Under the pieces are notes generated by a model. It was not told the origin of the DNA, ran no database searches, and saw only the letters and a program-made list of their open reading frames with translations. This document shows, piece after piece, positions 1 through 8,537 of a stretch of 26,007 bases of DNA. The stretch covers positions 1 through 26,007 of IMG/VR virus record IMGVR_UViG_3300048629_000014, one strand, 5' to 3'. Each line of letters opens with the position of its first letter. The stretch's first letter is position 1. The DNA is from a virus (lineage: Duplodnaviria; Caudoviricetes). Made by a program: the position numbers and the translations under genes.

Positions 1-13
1 TTGTAAGTTATAG

Positions 14-21
14 TATATTTG
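14..21 (+). promoter_or_regulatory. Bacteroidota-type -7 promoter box (TATATTTG)
   Basis: Exact TAnnTTTG match about 100 nt upstream of the only credible plus-strand gene; the -33 element would lie outside the window. Confidence 0.55.
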
Positions 22-31
22 TAATACAAAA

Positions 32-115
32 TAGTTGACCACGACCAACTAATAAGATATTTTTTAAAATTCCCTGTGGATAGACTGTCGTGGATCTTGA
101 AGCAGGGTGTTTTTT
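32..115 (+). promoter_or_regulatory. Structured 5' leader: two hairpins with complementary loops, then a U-tract
   Basis: Stem TAGTTG/CAACTA (32-51) has loop CCACGAC. Stem CCCTGT/GCAGGG (72-107) has GTCGTGG (87-93) in its loop. T-run at 110-115. Confidence 0.5.
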
Positions 116-118
116 ATT

Positions 119-889
119 ATGACAGATTTATTAAAAGTAAACGGAAACCAAGAAGTAATCACTTCAAGAGAAATTGCAGAATTAACAGGTAAGCAACACG
201 CTCATGTAATGAGGGATATTAGAAGTCTAATTTCTCAACTAACAGACCTTGAATTTAACCAATCCAATTTTGGATTGGTCGATTATAGAGCTGGAAACAA
301 TCAATTAAGAACTCAATATGCACTTACTAAAGAAGGTTCACTTTTACTTATGACAGGGTACAATGTAAACATGAGATTAGCAGTTCAAAAAAGATGGCAG
401 GAACTTGAGGAATCTCAAAATAAATTGCAAATACCTACTTCTTTTAAAGAAGCTCTCCTATTGGCTGTAAAACAACAAGAGCAAATTGAGGAACAAGAGT
501 TGAAATTAGCCGAGAACAAGCCAAAGGTGGAATACCATGATGAAGTACTTGATACGAGTTCTACGCTAACAATTACCTCTATAGCAAAAGAACTTGGTAT
601 GTCAGCTATTGAGTTAAACTCTGGACTACATAGAGCAGGTATTCAGTACAAACAAGGTAGTGTTTGGCATTTATATAGTAAATATGCTAATTGGGGTCTT
701 ACTAAGCTGAGAACACATAAGATTTCAGAAAGTGAAACTCACCACACTACTACATGGACTGAGAAAGGTAGAGAGTTTATTCATTGTGTAGTTAAAGGTT
801 TGAGCGTAGAACACTTAAAACCTACAGTAAATGAAAGACCTTTAAACTTACTTTATAGACTATCTAGTTACAACAAAGCTATATGTTAA
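119..889 (+). CDS. Rha-family regulator with KilA-C/antirepressor C-terminal domain
   Basis: ITSREIAELTGKQHAHVMRDIR (Rha N-terminus), IPTSFKEALLLA linker, KPKVEYHDEVL...TITSIAKELGMSA...TTWTEKGREFI (KilA-C). ATG at 119 preferred over GTG at 107. Confidence 0.85.
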   Translation: MTDLLKVNGNQEVITSREIAELTGKQHAHVMRDIRSLISQLTDLEFNQSNFGLVDYRAGNNQLRTQYALTKEGSLLLMTGYNVNMRLAVQKRWQELEESQNKLQIPTSFKEALLLAVKQQEQIEEQELKLAENKPKVEYHDEVLDTSSTLTITSIAKELGMSAIELNSGLHRAGIQYKQGSVWHLYSKYANWGLTKLRTHKISESETHHTTTWTEKGREFIHCVVKGLSVEHLKPTVNERPLNLLYRLSSYNKAIC

Positions 890-913
890 ACTACATAGTT
901 GTATAGATACAAG

Positions 914-941
914 AAACCCTACCATAAATAGTAGGGTTTTT
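914..941. terminator. Probable bidirectional intrinsic terminator
   Basis: AAACCCTAC/GTAGGGTTT 9-bp stem with A/T tails, between convergent genes. Confidence 0.75.
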
Positions 942-965
942 CTGTGTTCTCGGATTAGTTATTTC

Positions 966-1211
966 TTATTGGAAACCGATCCAAATATCCGCAGGTAATA
1001 CTGTAGTTCCTGCTGAATTAATCTGCGTGCATTTGCAAAAAAGCTGTCTAATAATATCTACAGGTAATATTATAGTCTCCTTGCTTTCCAGAACTACTTC
1101 TACAGTTTCGGTTCCTGACACCGATGCAGGAAATGCAATTACACCACTACTGTGAAATGGTGTGTCGAATGTAGGAGCGTGTACTACTGCTCCAGCTTGT
1201 TCTATAATCAT
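966..1211 (-). CDS. Small hypothetical protein, possibly virion-associated
   Basis: 81-aa ORF, beta-rich composition, last gene of the minus-strand structural run. Confidence 0.6.
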   Translation of the reverse strand: MIIEQAGAVVHAPTFDTPFHSSGVIAFPASVSGTETVEVVLESKETIILPVDIIRQLFCKCTQINSAGTTVLPADIWIGFQ

Positions 1212-1233
1212 ATTTTCTAATTTTTAAAGGTTA

Positions 1234-1479
1234 TTAATTAGCGTGTTTGTACTTCAAATAAGAAAACTCATCTGAAACTATCGAGTATAAAACTCTAAAT
1301 CTGTGGTCGTTCTTATCTATGATAAAAAATTCCACACTACTGTCTAATGGTAAACTTACACCATTTTCAATTAAAACATCCTCGATTTCCTGCCTACTTA
1401 AAGTGTTCTTGAGGTTCTCGGCTGTTTCATACCTTTTAGAGAAAATGTTTTCTCCCATTATTTCTTTTAAATCACTCAT
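1234..1479 (-). CDS. Hypothetical protein
   Basis: 81-aa ORF with ATG start, co-oriented and tightly packed. Confidence 0.6.
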   Translation of the reverse strand: MSDLKEIMGENIFSKRYETAENLKNTLSRQEIEDVLIENGVSLPLDSSVEFFIIDKNDHRFRVLYSIVSDEFSYLKYKHAN

Positions 1480-1505
1480 AATTAGTGCTTATTAAGGTTA
1501 TACAA

Positions 1506-2168
1506 TTAAGGTGTATAGTAAACTAATTCACCATTATACGTAACTATTTCTCCGTTGTATCTCACAATATTTGCTGAGATAGGTGCAACATTGAAATCAG
1601 TTAAAATATTTACTTCTCCTGCTGACCAAGCGTGTCCAGATATTCCATAGAAACCTTCTTGTGGTAAAGTGTAGTCTGCTTCTACTTGTAACAAACCATC
1701 TACAAATACCGACACATGAGAGTCTGTGAAATATACCTCAAAGAATCCTTCTATGTCTGTACCACCACTTGCTAAAGTTGACCAAAAACCGTTCTTGCGT
1801 TGTACAATTTCAATAGTATCACTATTTACTCTTGCACCTACAATATTAGTACTATTTATAAACTTAGCAAAAGGAAGCAGCCAATTATCATTTCCACCAG
1901 GATTACTATAATTTCCTGAAACTACACCTTCAATTTTCTTGTAGTGTTTAAAGTTCAAGTTCTCAGGGTTAATTCCTGATCCTGTTCTCGGAAAAAATGT
2001 TATTCCTTGACCAAAGTTCACCCAACCTAAATGGTCTGGAGCAGCACCATCAACCAACCTCCAATCAGGGTGATTGTCTAGCGGAGAACCAGTTTCACTT
2101 GGTGGGTAGAACTGTACATCTGTTTTCCTATATGGAATTGTCAGTTTATTACCTATTAATGTTGACAT
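1506..2168 (-). CDS. Hypothetical beta-sandwich/lectin-like protein, possibly virion-associated
   Basis: 220 aa, rich in Gly and aromatic residues, C-terminal repeated YNGE[IL]V motif. Confidence 0.55.
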   Translation of the reverse strand: MSTLIGNKLTIPYRKTDVQFYPPSETGSPLDNHPDWRLVDGAAPDHLGWVNFGQGITFFPRTGSGINPENLNFKHYKKIEGVVSGNYSNPGGNDNWLLPFAKFINSTNIVGARVNSDTIEIVQRKNGFWSTLASGGTDIEGFFEVYFTDSHVSVFVDGLLQVEADYTLPQEGFYGISGHAWSAGEVNILTDFNVAPISANIVRYNGEIVTYNGELVYYTP

Positions 2169-2170
2169 AG

Positions 2171-2446
2171 TTATTTATCTTTAATTGTTTTTACTAAAGT
2201 ACTATCCACATTGTTAACTGTTTCTCGTACTTGTTTAACTCTATCGTTAGTCTTACCAACTGTCTCATCAATCTCTTCTACTTTATCACCTAACTTCTCT
2301 AGTTCTCGGCCTACTTGTGAGGTTTGGTCACTTCGTACATTCGGACTATCATCTAGATGCATATTAGCATTACCTGTGGCAATCAAAATAGTGCAAGACC
2401 AAAGAGTTGCTACTATTACTATAAAGGTTATAATTAGTTTCTTCAT
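2171..2446 (-). CDS. Putative lipoprotein with coiled coil (possible spanin component)
   Basis: MKKLIITFIVIVATLWSC is a signal peptide with lipobox-like Cys, followed by a heptad-rich helix. Start moved to the MKK ATG at 2446. Confidence 0.55.
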   Translation of the reverse strand: MKKLIITFIVIVATLWSCTILIATGNANMHLDDSPNVRSDQTSQVGRELEKLGDKVEEIDETVGKTNDRVKQVRETVNNVDSTLVKTIKDK

Positions 2447-2460
2447 AAGTTCTCTACGTT

Positions 2461-3345
2461 TTATGGACAAGGGTCAGGATTAGTCCATACACCAGGTATT
2501 GCATCATCATTTAATCGTACAGGGGTTCCTGTAGGAGCAGGTGCTACAATTAAAGGTGAGTAATAGTAAGCACCATCACCTTGAGTTATATTAGGATAAT
2601 TAATATACTTAATACAAACTAAAGATGGACACTTAGAGAATATATCTGTTACATTATCAGCAATAGGAGCATCTAAACTACCAACATACTCTAAATCTGG
2701 GCAATTTTCAGCTAAACTATATAGAGTTGTAGCTTTAGGTAAATATAGACTAATATGTTTTACTTTACTTGCTGCTATAAATCTACCTATACTACTTACA
2801 TTAGTAAGATCAAAATCAGGTATTTCTTCTAATCCTGTTGTTTCAAACATATTACTTGCATCAGCAACATTACTTGTATCGAATAAATCTACATGATTTA
2901 GTAAACTAGTACCAACAAACATAAGAGCAGCTTCAGTAATATTTGCTGTTATACTAGGGTCAGATACATAGAATTTAAGTAGTTCTTGTTGATGTAGAAA
3001 TAACCCTCGTAAGCTAGTTAATTCTGGACTTACAGCTACAAGAGTAGCTTCTGACATATAATGTGTGTAGTTAAATCCAACTTCTGTTACTGCTCTACCT
3101 GTAAGTACACTTTCTTGGTGTGCTACTACTGAGTAAACACCATCACCATTAGGTATTGAAACACCATCTAGTTTTAAATTATAACCTTCTATGTATAAAC
3201 TTATATTATCTAGTTTAGGTGTGAATCTTATTTCAAAATCATCCGCACCTCCTCGTTCCCATACAAGAGCACCCCCCAACATCACTTTATTAATGTTGGT
3301 AGAGCCTAATTTTAAGTCTTGTATGTCGTTTGTTCCTAGCTTCAT
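2461..3345 (-). CDS. Putative tail adhesin with BspA/DUF285-like leucine-rich repeats
   Basis: N-terminal KLGSTNINKVMLGGALVW module. Repeats FDTSNVADASNMF, FDLTNVSSIGRF, TANITEAALMF. Confidence 0.65.
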   Translation of the reverse strand: MKLGTNDIQDLKLGSTNINKVMLGGALVWERGGADDFEIRFTPKLDNISLYIEGYNLKLDGVSIPNGDGVYSVVAHQESVLTGRAVTEVGFNYTHYMSEATLVAVSPELTSLRGLFLHQQELLKFYVSDPSITANITEAALMFVGTSLLNHVDLFDTSNVADASNMFETTGLEEIPDFDLTNVSSIGRFIAASKVKHISLYLPKATTLYSLAENCPDLEYVGSLDAPIADNVTDIFSKCPSLVCIKYINYPNITQGDGAYYYSPLIVAPAPTGTPVRLNDDAIPGVWTNPDPCP

Positions 3346-3347
3346 AA

Positions 3348-4337
3348 TTACATTATAAAATATCCTGTTGTATTAATGTAAGTACCTAACAAATCATATT
3401 CAGTTTGAGTACCAACCCAAATATGATGCATTCTTGATGTAGTACCACCAGGGTCTTTCGATACTTTCTCGTTAGCTAAGTTATCAACATAATCTTTACG
3501 AGTTAGGTGTTTAACATCAGTAGGTACATCACCACCACCTCGTGTTGAAACATTACCATCATCGTGTACGGTAAATTCAGTTAATAGCGTAGAACCATCA
3601 GAACCCATATTCCTAAAGTACAGACTTTCACTTACAGGGTTTGCATAGATAAAAGCATTTGTAGTACCATCTTCTCTCTGTAAAGCAATATTTGCATTAC
3701 CATCAGGAAGAGTAGGTTTAATATTTACATAATTAGCAGCAGTTAACATTCCTGATAACTCACCACCACTTAATGGTAATACACCTACCCAATCAGGCGT
3801 AGAACCACCTCGACCATAAATAGTACCATCATTAGGAGATTCAGGAATACCACCAGCATTTGGGTCAATCCATTCTTTACCATCACCTGCAAGGTTTGTA
3901 GCAAGTACTTGTCCTGCAGAACCTAAACCTAAACTATCTTCTTTATCGTTTAAAACTAACTGCGTATCATTGTTTATAGGTAAATCTAAAGGTGCTATGT
4001 TCTCAACTAAATCTAACCCAATAGTACTTTTTGAAATATTATGTGGGTTTGTATCTGTTAAGTGATCTATACCTACATAATTTCCTGCTACCACATCATC
4101 ATTAAAATCTGATAAGTTCAAAGGTTTGTTCTTTATGTATGCCAAAGATGCAGGGTCGCTTTCATCCCAATCTGATTGTAGTCCTGTGACATCACCAAAT
4201 TCTCTAAAAACTATCCTTCCTTCATCCATATCCACAGCCAACAACAAACCACCCATTCCTGTGTAATCAGTAGGGGTATCATTTAGAGCTAAGAATGTTT
4301 TGTTTAGCTCTTCTATATCTGGAATTTCATTGCTCAT
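3348..4337 (-). CDS. Tail fibre-like protein
   Basis: Mosaic of common fibre motifs: QSDWDESDPASLAYIKNKP, NPHNISKSTIGLDLVEN, PESPNDGTIYGR, LTRKDYVD and C-terminal IWVGTQTEYDLL. ATG at 4337. Confidence 0.7.
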   Translation of the reverse strand: MSNEIPDIEELNKTFLALNDTPTDYTGMGGLLLAVDMDEGRIVFREFGDVTGLQSDWDESDPASLAYIKNKPLNLSDFNDDVVAGNYVGIDHLTDTNPHNISKSTIGLDLVENIAPLDLPINNDTQLVLNDKEDSLGLGSAGQVLATNLAGDGKEWIDPNAGGIPESPNDGTIYGRGGSTPDWVGVLPLSGGELSGMLTAANYVNIKPTLPDGNANIALQREDGTTNAFIYANPVSESLYFRNMGSDGSTLLTEFTVHDDGNVSTRGGGDVPTDVKHLTRKDYVDNLANEKVSKDPGGTTSRMHHIWVGTQTEYDLLGTYINTTGYFIM

Positions 4338-4347
4338 AATATTATTT

Positions 4348-5166
4348 TTAAGGGTTATCAATTATAGTTACATAGTTCTGAATAGTTTTGACATCAGTAC
4401 CTATACTATTAGAAACTTGTAGAGTTACAGTAAATATTCCTGTAGTCGAATAAACATGAGTAGGATTTTTTACAGCACTAAAGTTTCCATCACCAAAGGC
4501 CCAACTATAACCTGTTGAGTTCTCGGATGAGGTATTCATAAATGATACGGATTCGCCTAGAACTGCAGTAGGGTCTGTACAATAGAAATCTGCAGTAGGT
4601 AAAACTCTTGGTGGAGTAGGTCTATCATTATTATCCAATGCTCTAACAACACCATTACCTACATACAAACCACCTGAAAAACTTGGTGTGTTTTGTGGTG
4701 AGGTTTCCCCTAAAAATTCCTGCTTAAAAGCTGGATATAAATCAGCGTTTGCTTCTAGATAAACTCTCATCTTTCTACCATAAGCATCTGCAATAGTTCC
4801 TTCTTGGTCAGCCAAGAACGAGCTTTCGTTTAGTTCTGCTGAGGTTCCGTTATCAGTATCTCTCTTTACAAGACCGCTATTCTCTGCTTTAAATACCATT
4901 TGGTTTAATCCAAGTGATAAAGCTTCGTGTACCAAAAATGGTTGTAGATATTTTTCGAGAAATCTCTCATTATCACCACCAATACAACAGTCTAAAGTAT
5001 CTTCTTGTAGTTCTGACATAAACCTCTCACCTATAAGGTCAGTAGCTTTTAAGTCTTGAGCTATGATTATGAAAGGAGTAATATACTCATAGTCGAAATT
5101 ACCAACAACACCGCTAAGTTCCTTGAACTTATCCTCTCCAATTAATATAATTTTACTCGTTGCCAT
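4348..5166 (-). CDS. Putative head-tail adaptor with C-terminal PKD domain
   Basis: Directly follows the portal. PKD signature PTADF...VSFMNTS...YSWAFGDG...NPTHVYSTTGIFTVTLQVSN. Confidence 0.7.
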   Translation of the reverse strand: MATSKIILIGEDKFKELSGVVGNFDYEYITPFIIIAQDLKATDLIGERFMSELQEDTLDCCIGGDNERFLEKYLQPFLVHEALSLGLNQMVFKAENSGLVKRDTDNGTSAELNESSFLADQEGTIADAYGRKMRVYLEANADLYPAFKQEFLGETSPQNTPSFSGGLYVGNGVVRALDNNDRPTPPRVLPTADFYCTDPTAVLGESVSFMNTSSENSTGYSWAFGDGNFSAVKNPTHVYSTTGIFTVTLQVSNSIGTDVKTIQNYVTIIDNP

Positions 5167-6364
5167 CGCTTGTTCCTCCTTTCTTAGTTGAGTTTACAGT
5201 ATTCTTTTTGTCGTTTACACTAGCATTAGCCTTATCATCCTTAACATCTTCCGTAGAACCAGATTCTATTAGAAGTTCGTTAACAAACATAATATCGGCT
5301 TCTGTTTTGTTAAACTTTAGTATCTTTTTCAAAGCTCTAATCATAAGTTTTTGTAGTGGAACTACAGAACCTTTTAGAAACATTTGAAATTCAGTATCTA
5401 TTTCATCTGCCTTACTTGAGAAACCTGAGTTAGTTTTCAAACCTGCCAAAGATGGGTACGTTCTATGTGCCGAAATAATCATATCTCTGAACATTGGCAA
5501 CATACGTTCTGTGTACTCACCTAAATTTGGTGGCTCAAATGTGTCAAGTTGTACCTTTTTTGCAGGGTCAGTACCAAAAAACATCATTAGCTTTTGACCA
5601 TGAACACCTTTAAACTTACCTCTTACATAAGTTTCAAGATTGGCTTTATCATCTTCAGTTGGTTCTCCGTTAAAGAAGTTCATTATCATACTTGGAAAGA
5701 AACCATTTGTTACATCGTTTCTATTCAAAGAAGCAACATCATCTTCTAATAAAATGTATTGTACCGCACTCATATAAAGTGGTACTGTATAATACTTTTG
5801 GTTAGGTCTTTTGATTCTTTCTATGATTACTGCTGTATCTGTATCAACATTTTTTGGATCAAATACTGCTAAAGGTCTTGGTTTATGCTTTTTCAAATAT
5901 TTCTTATTCCAATTACTTGAAACGTAAACTGTATCAATCTTTCCTTCTTCATTGTACAAACCTACTCTAACATCTTCATAGTTGAGTCTATTAATACCTA
6001 CTATTCTAGTTCTGGCTGAGTTAAACATAACCTCCCAATAAATAGTTTCAAACATCGCAGCATCACCACTTGTATCGTCAATCAATTCCTCTAGAGATAA
6101 ACCTTCTGTATCAATATCATCAAAGTCCAAGTACTGTTTGCCTTTAGTAATTTCAATCTGAAGGTCTCCGTTAACAAACGTTTTCTTAGAATCGAAAATA
6201 GCAGCATGAGTAGGACTTAATGTAATCAAGTTGGCTATGTACACAGGTAATTGATTGTCAGCACCGAAATAAACATAGTCTCTCACACCTGAAGCGTATT
6301 CCTCAAAATCAGGGATAGTTAACTCAGGTAAAGTACTAAAAATTCCATTATATATGATAGACAT
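5153..6364 (-). CDS. Portal protein
   Basis: 403 aa with YFGADNQLP, SPTHAAI, YYTVPLY, NGFFPSMIM and IISAHR motifs typical of portals in Bacteroidota-type phages. Confidence 0.8.
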   Translation of the reverse strand: MSIIYNGIFSTLPELTIPDFEEYASGVRDYVYFGADNQLPVYIANLITLSPTHAAIFDSKKTFVNGDLQIEITKGKQYLDFDDIDTEGLSLEELIDDTSGDAAMFETIYWEVMFNSARTRIVGINRLNYEDVRVGLYNEEGKIDTVYVSSNWNKKYLKKHKPRPLAVFDPKNVDTDTAVIIERIKRPNQKYYTVPLYMSAVQYILLEDDVASLNRNDVTNGFFPSMIMNFFNGEPTEDDKANLETYVRGKFKGVHGQKLMMFFGTDPAKKVQLDTFEPPNLGEYTERMLPMFRDMIISAHRTYPSLAGLKTNSGFSSKADEIDTEFQMFLKGSVVPLQKLMIRALKKILKFNKTEADIMFVNELLIESGSTEDVKDDKANASVNDKKNTVNSTKKGGTSDGNE

Positions 6365-6383
6365 ATCTAATTGTGTTTTAAGT

Positions 6384-6410
6384 AAGGGTACAGCCGAGAA
6401 CCATACCCTT
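6384..6410 (-). other. Intergenic hairpin containing the GCCGAGAAC motif
   Basis: AAGGGTA (6384-6390)/TACCCTT (6404-6410), extendable by G-U pairs on the minus strand; no strong U-tract. Confidence 0.5.
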
Positions 6411-6427
6411 GTATTAATAACTTACTA

Positions 6428-7285
6428 CTATGTTGAAGGGATAATAATATCCTCTCCAGGTGTGTAGCCTGATTCCGTAGGTGGGTTTGTTGTACTAATA
6501 GTATAACGAACACCATATTTAACAACCTGCTCTTCCGAAGTTTGAGCTATGCTTATAACTATCGGAGAACTAGTACCTGCTTCATATTGGTATGCACCAC
6601 CATCAACAGAATATCTAACTTCGTAACCATCAGCAGAAGCTACATCATCAAAAGCAACAGATAGTTCACCTGCAACTTCGTCATAACTTGCTTGTACATT
6701 AGAAGGTCCTGATAAGTTAAATGTTAGGAACTCACCTGATTCATCAATAAGTATGTCGTCAAGTTCAGCATGACGTGCGTAGTTTAATTCCTTACCTGTC
6801 CAAGTTACCTCGTAACCTTGTAAAGAAGCACCCTCAGCACCTGTTCTACTTCCACCTGAAGTCATATCCACACCATTTTCCTCACCGTAAACTATATACT
6901 TTGGTTTACCATTACTCTCATAATTGTAAAGTTCGGCAACTATAATTTGCTTTCCTTTAGCAATGTTAGAAAGTTCTACAGAAGTATCGTGTTCTACGCC
7001 AAGCAATGTACCATTTATTGATAGTTCTACGAATGAAGTACCAAGTTTAGGGTCAGCAGACATTTCCTCTGAAGCATCCCCCAAGTCTATTGGTAAAGGA
7101 AACTTGTAGAATTTCAAAGGTTGTCCTGTTCCGTCAAGAATGTCGTATATTCTCTTTGGGTATTTAGGTGCTACTACTACATCACTTTCATAGGCTCCAA
7201 TCCAAAGAGTTTTAATACCTGACATCCCATCTTTACATAAACTTTCTCCGAAAGCTTTAGTAATATTTAGACACTTACTACCCAT
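6428..7285 (-). CDS. Tail tube protein paralogue 2 with C-terminal FN3/Ig-like domain
   Basis: Highly similar to 7290-7916 (SKCLNITKAF, SADPKLGTSFVEL, SLQGYE.WTGKE), plus a tail GPSNVQASYD...FDDVASADGYEVRY. ATG at 7285. Confidence 0.7.
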   Translation of the reverse strand: MGSKCLNITKAFGESLCKDGMSGIKTLWIGAYESDVVVAPKYPKRIYDILDGTGQPLKFYKFPLPIDLGDASEEMSADPKLGTSFVELSINGTLLGVEHDTSVELSNIAKGKQIIVAELYNYESNGKPKYIVYGEENGVDMTSGGSRTGAEGASLQGYEVTWTGKELNYARHAELDDILIDESGEFLTFNLSGPSNVQASYDEVAGELSVAFDDVASADGYEVRYSVDGGAYQYEAGTSSPIVISIAQTSEEQVVKYGVRYTISTTNPPTESGYTPGEDIIIPST

Positions 7286-7289
7286 GATA

Positions 7290-7916
7290 TTAAGGATTTG
7301 TAGGAGGTGCAACAACAATCACACTATCTCCGTTAGTTGGATCAGAAGTAAGAGTAATACCCTCTACGAAAGGAGCATAAGCTCTTTCTTTACCTGTCCA
7401 CGCAAGTTCATAACCCTGTAATGATGCAGATTCAGCTCCTGTACGAGAACCACCACCTGTCATATCAACACCGTTCTGCATACCATAAAGTATGTAAACA
7501 GGAATTTCTACCTCTCCACCTGAACCATCAGGTACAGATTGTTTGGTATAAAGTTCAGCAAGTATGATTTGTTTACCTCTCATCATACTTGTAAGTTCTT
7601 GAGCATAATCTTTACGTAACCCTAAAAGAGTACCGTTGATTGTTAACTCAACAAAACTTGTTCCTAGCTTTGGGTCAGCAGAAGCTTCTTCAACTGCATC
7701 ACCAATATCAATAGGCAAAGTAAATTTCCAAAATGGAACATCAGTACCTTCAGTTTTCACACTTGTAACAACATTCTCACTATTAAGTAATACTTCTGTG
7801 TTATGCTCAAATGCACCTACCCAAAGATTCTTGATACCTGCCATAGCTGACTTACACGTATTGCCTTCAAAAGCTTTTGTTATATTTAGACATTTGCTCA
7901 AATCTCTTATGCACAT
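7290..7916 (-). CDS. Major tail tube protein (paralogue 1)
   Basis: C...C...GIKNLW N-terminus and G.QNG.D...G...TG......GY.L...GKE pattern typical of tube proteins next to capsid genes in such phages. Start uncertain (ATG 7916 or TTG 7901). Confidence 0.7.
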   Translation of the reverse strand: MCIRDLSKCLNITKAFEGNTCKSAMAGIKNLWVGAFEHNTEVLLNSENVVTSVKTEGTDVPFWKFTLPIDIGDAVEEASADPKLGTSFVELTINGTLLGLRKDYAQELTSMMRGKQIILAELYTKQSVPDGSGGEVEIPVYILYGMQNGVDMTGGGSRTGAESASLQGYELAWTGKERAYAPFVEGITLTSDPTNGDSVIVVAPPTNP

Positions 7917-7940
7917 CTTTTCAATGCGACTTTGTTTGTA

Positions 7941-8456
7941 TTAATTATATTTCCAAATAAACCCTTTAGAAGATTTAGAAATACCTAATAAATTATTTTG
8001 TATTCCTGATCTACTTATTCCAACTATATGTGAAGCCTCTGTAACACTACCAAATGTATCTACAAAAACACCATCTAATGTATATTGAGAAATAGACACT
8101 TTGTATTTTTCACTTTTACCTTTGCTGTTGTTCTCGGCCCAAGTCATTAGTTGAATATTATTAAACGTATAGGGTAATTCAGACTTTATTCTATCTACAG
8201 AAGGTTTTAAATCTTTATGATAACCAGAGTCTTTCCAATCATTATATAACTCATGAAACTTAGGTTGACTATAAAGCCAATCTCTAAGTTCCTCCTTGCT
8301 ATAAGTTGGATAAGCGTGTCCTCTTTTCTTAGAACTTGCTCTCTGAGAACCATATATAACAGATATTAAACCTTTCTTAGTTCTATAATATTTAAGTTGT
8401 GTTTCACTTCTCACCTCTTCGGGTGTTATAACAATATTTTGTTTTGTATTAGACAT
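7941..8456 (-). CDS. Putative free-standing homing endonuclease (HNH-like core plus NUMOD1/IENR1 domain)
   Basis: PSVDRIKSELPYTFNNIQLMTWAENNSK nuclease-like motif. QYTLDGVFVDTFGSVTEAS...GFIWKY NUMOD1-type C-terminus. Confidence 0.75.
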   Translation of the reverse strand: MSNTKQNIVITPEEVRSETQLKYYRTKKGLISVIYGSQRASSKKRGHAYPTYSKEELRDWLYSQPKFHELYNDWKDSGYHKDLKPSVDRIKSELPYTFNNIQLMTWAENNSKGKSEKYKVSISQYTLDGVFVDTFGSVTEASHIVGISRSGIQNNLLGISKSSKGFIWKYN

Positions 8457-8479
8457 CTTTTAAATATTTATCGGTTAAT

Positions 8480-8510
8480 AAAAAAGCCCTGCCTCAGCGA
8501 GACAAGGCTT
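8480..8510 (-). terminator. Intrinsic terminator after the major capsid gene
   Basis: Minus strand AAGCCTTGTCTC-GCT-GAGGCAGGGCTT followed by TTTTATT. Confidence 0.8.
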
Positions 8511-8537
8511 CATTTAATTTTGATTTTCTACTACCTA

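Noticed and set aside
2461-4337. Diversity-generating retroelement targeting the adhesin
   Set aside because: No reverse transcriptase and no template/variable repeat pair seen in this window.
7899-8510. Group I intron around the NUMOD1 endonuclease
   Set aside because: Only about 55 and 40 nt flank the ORF, no P7 core is recognisable, and the 5' flank is a terminator.
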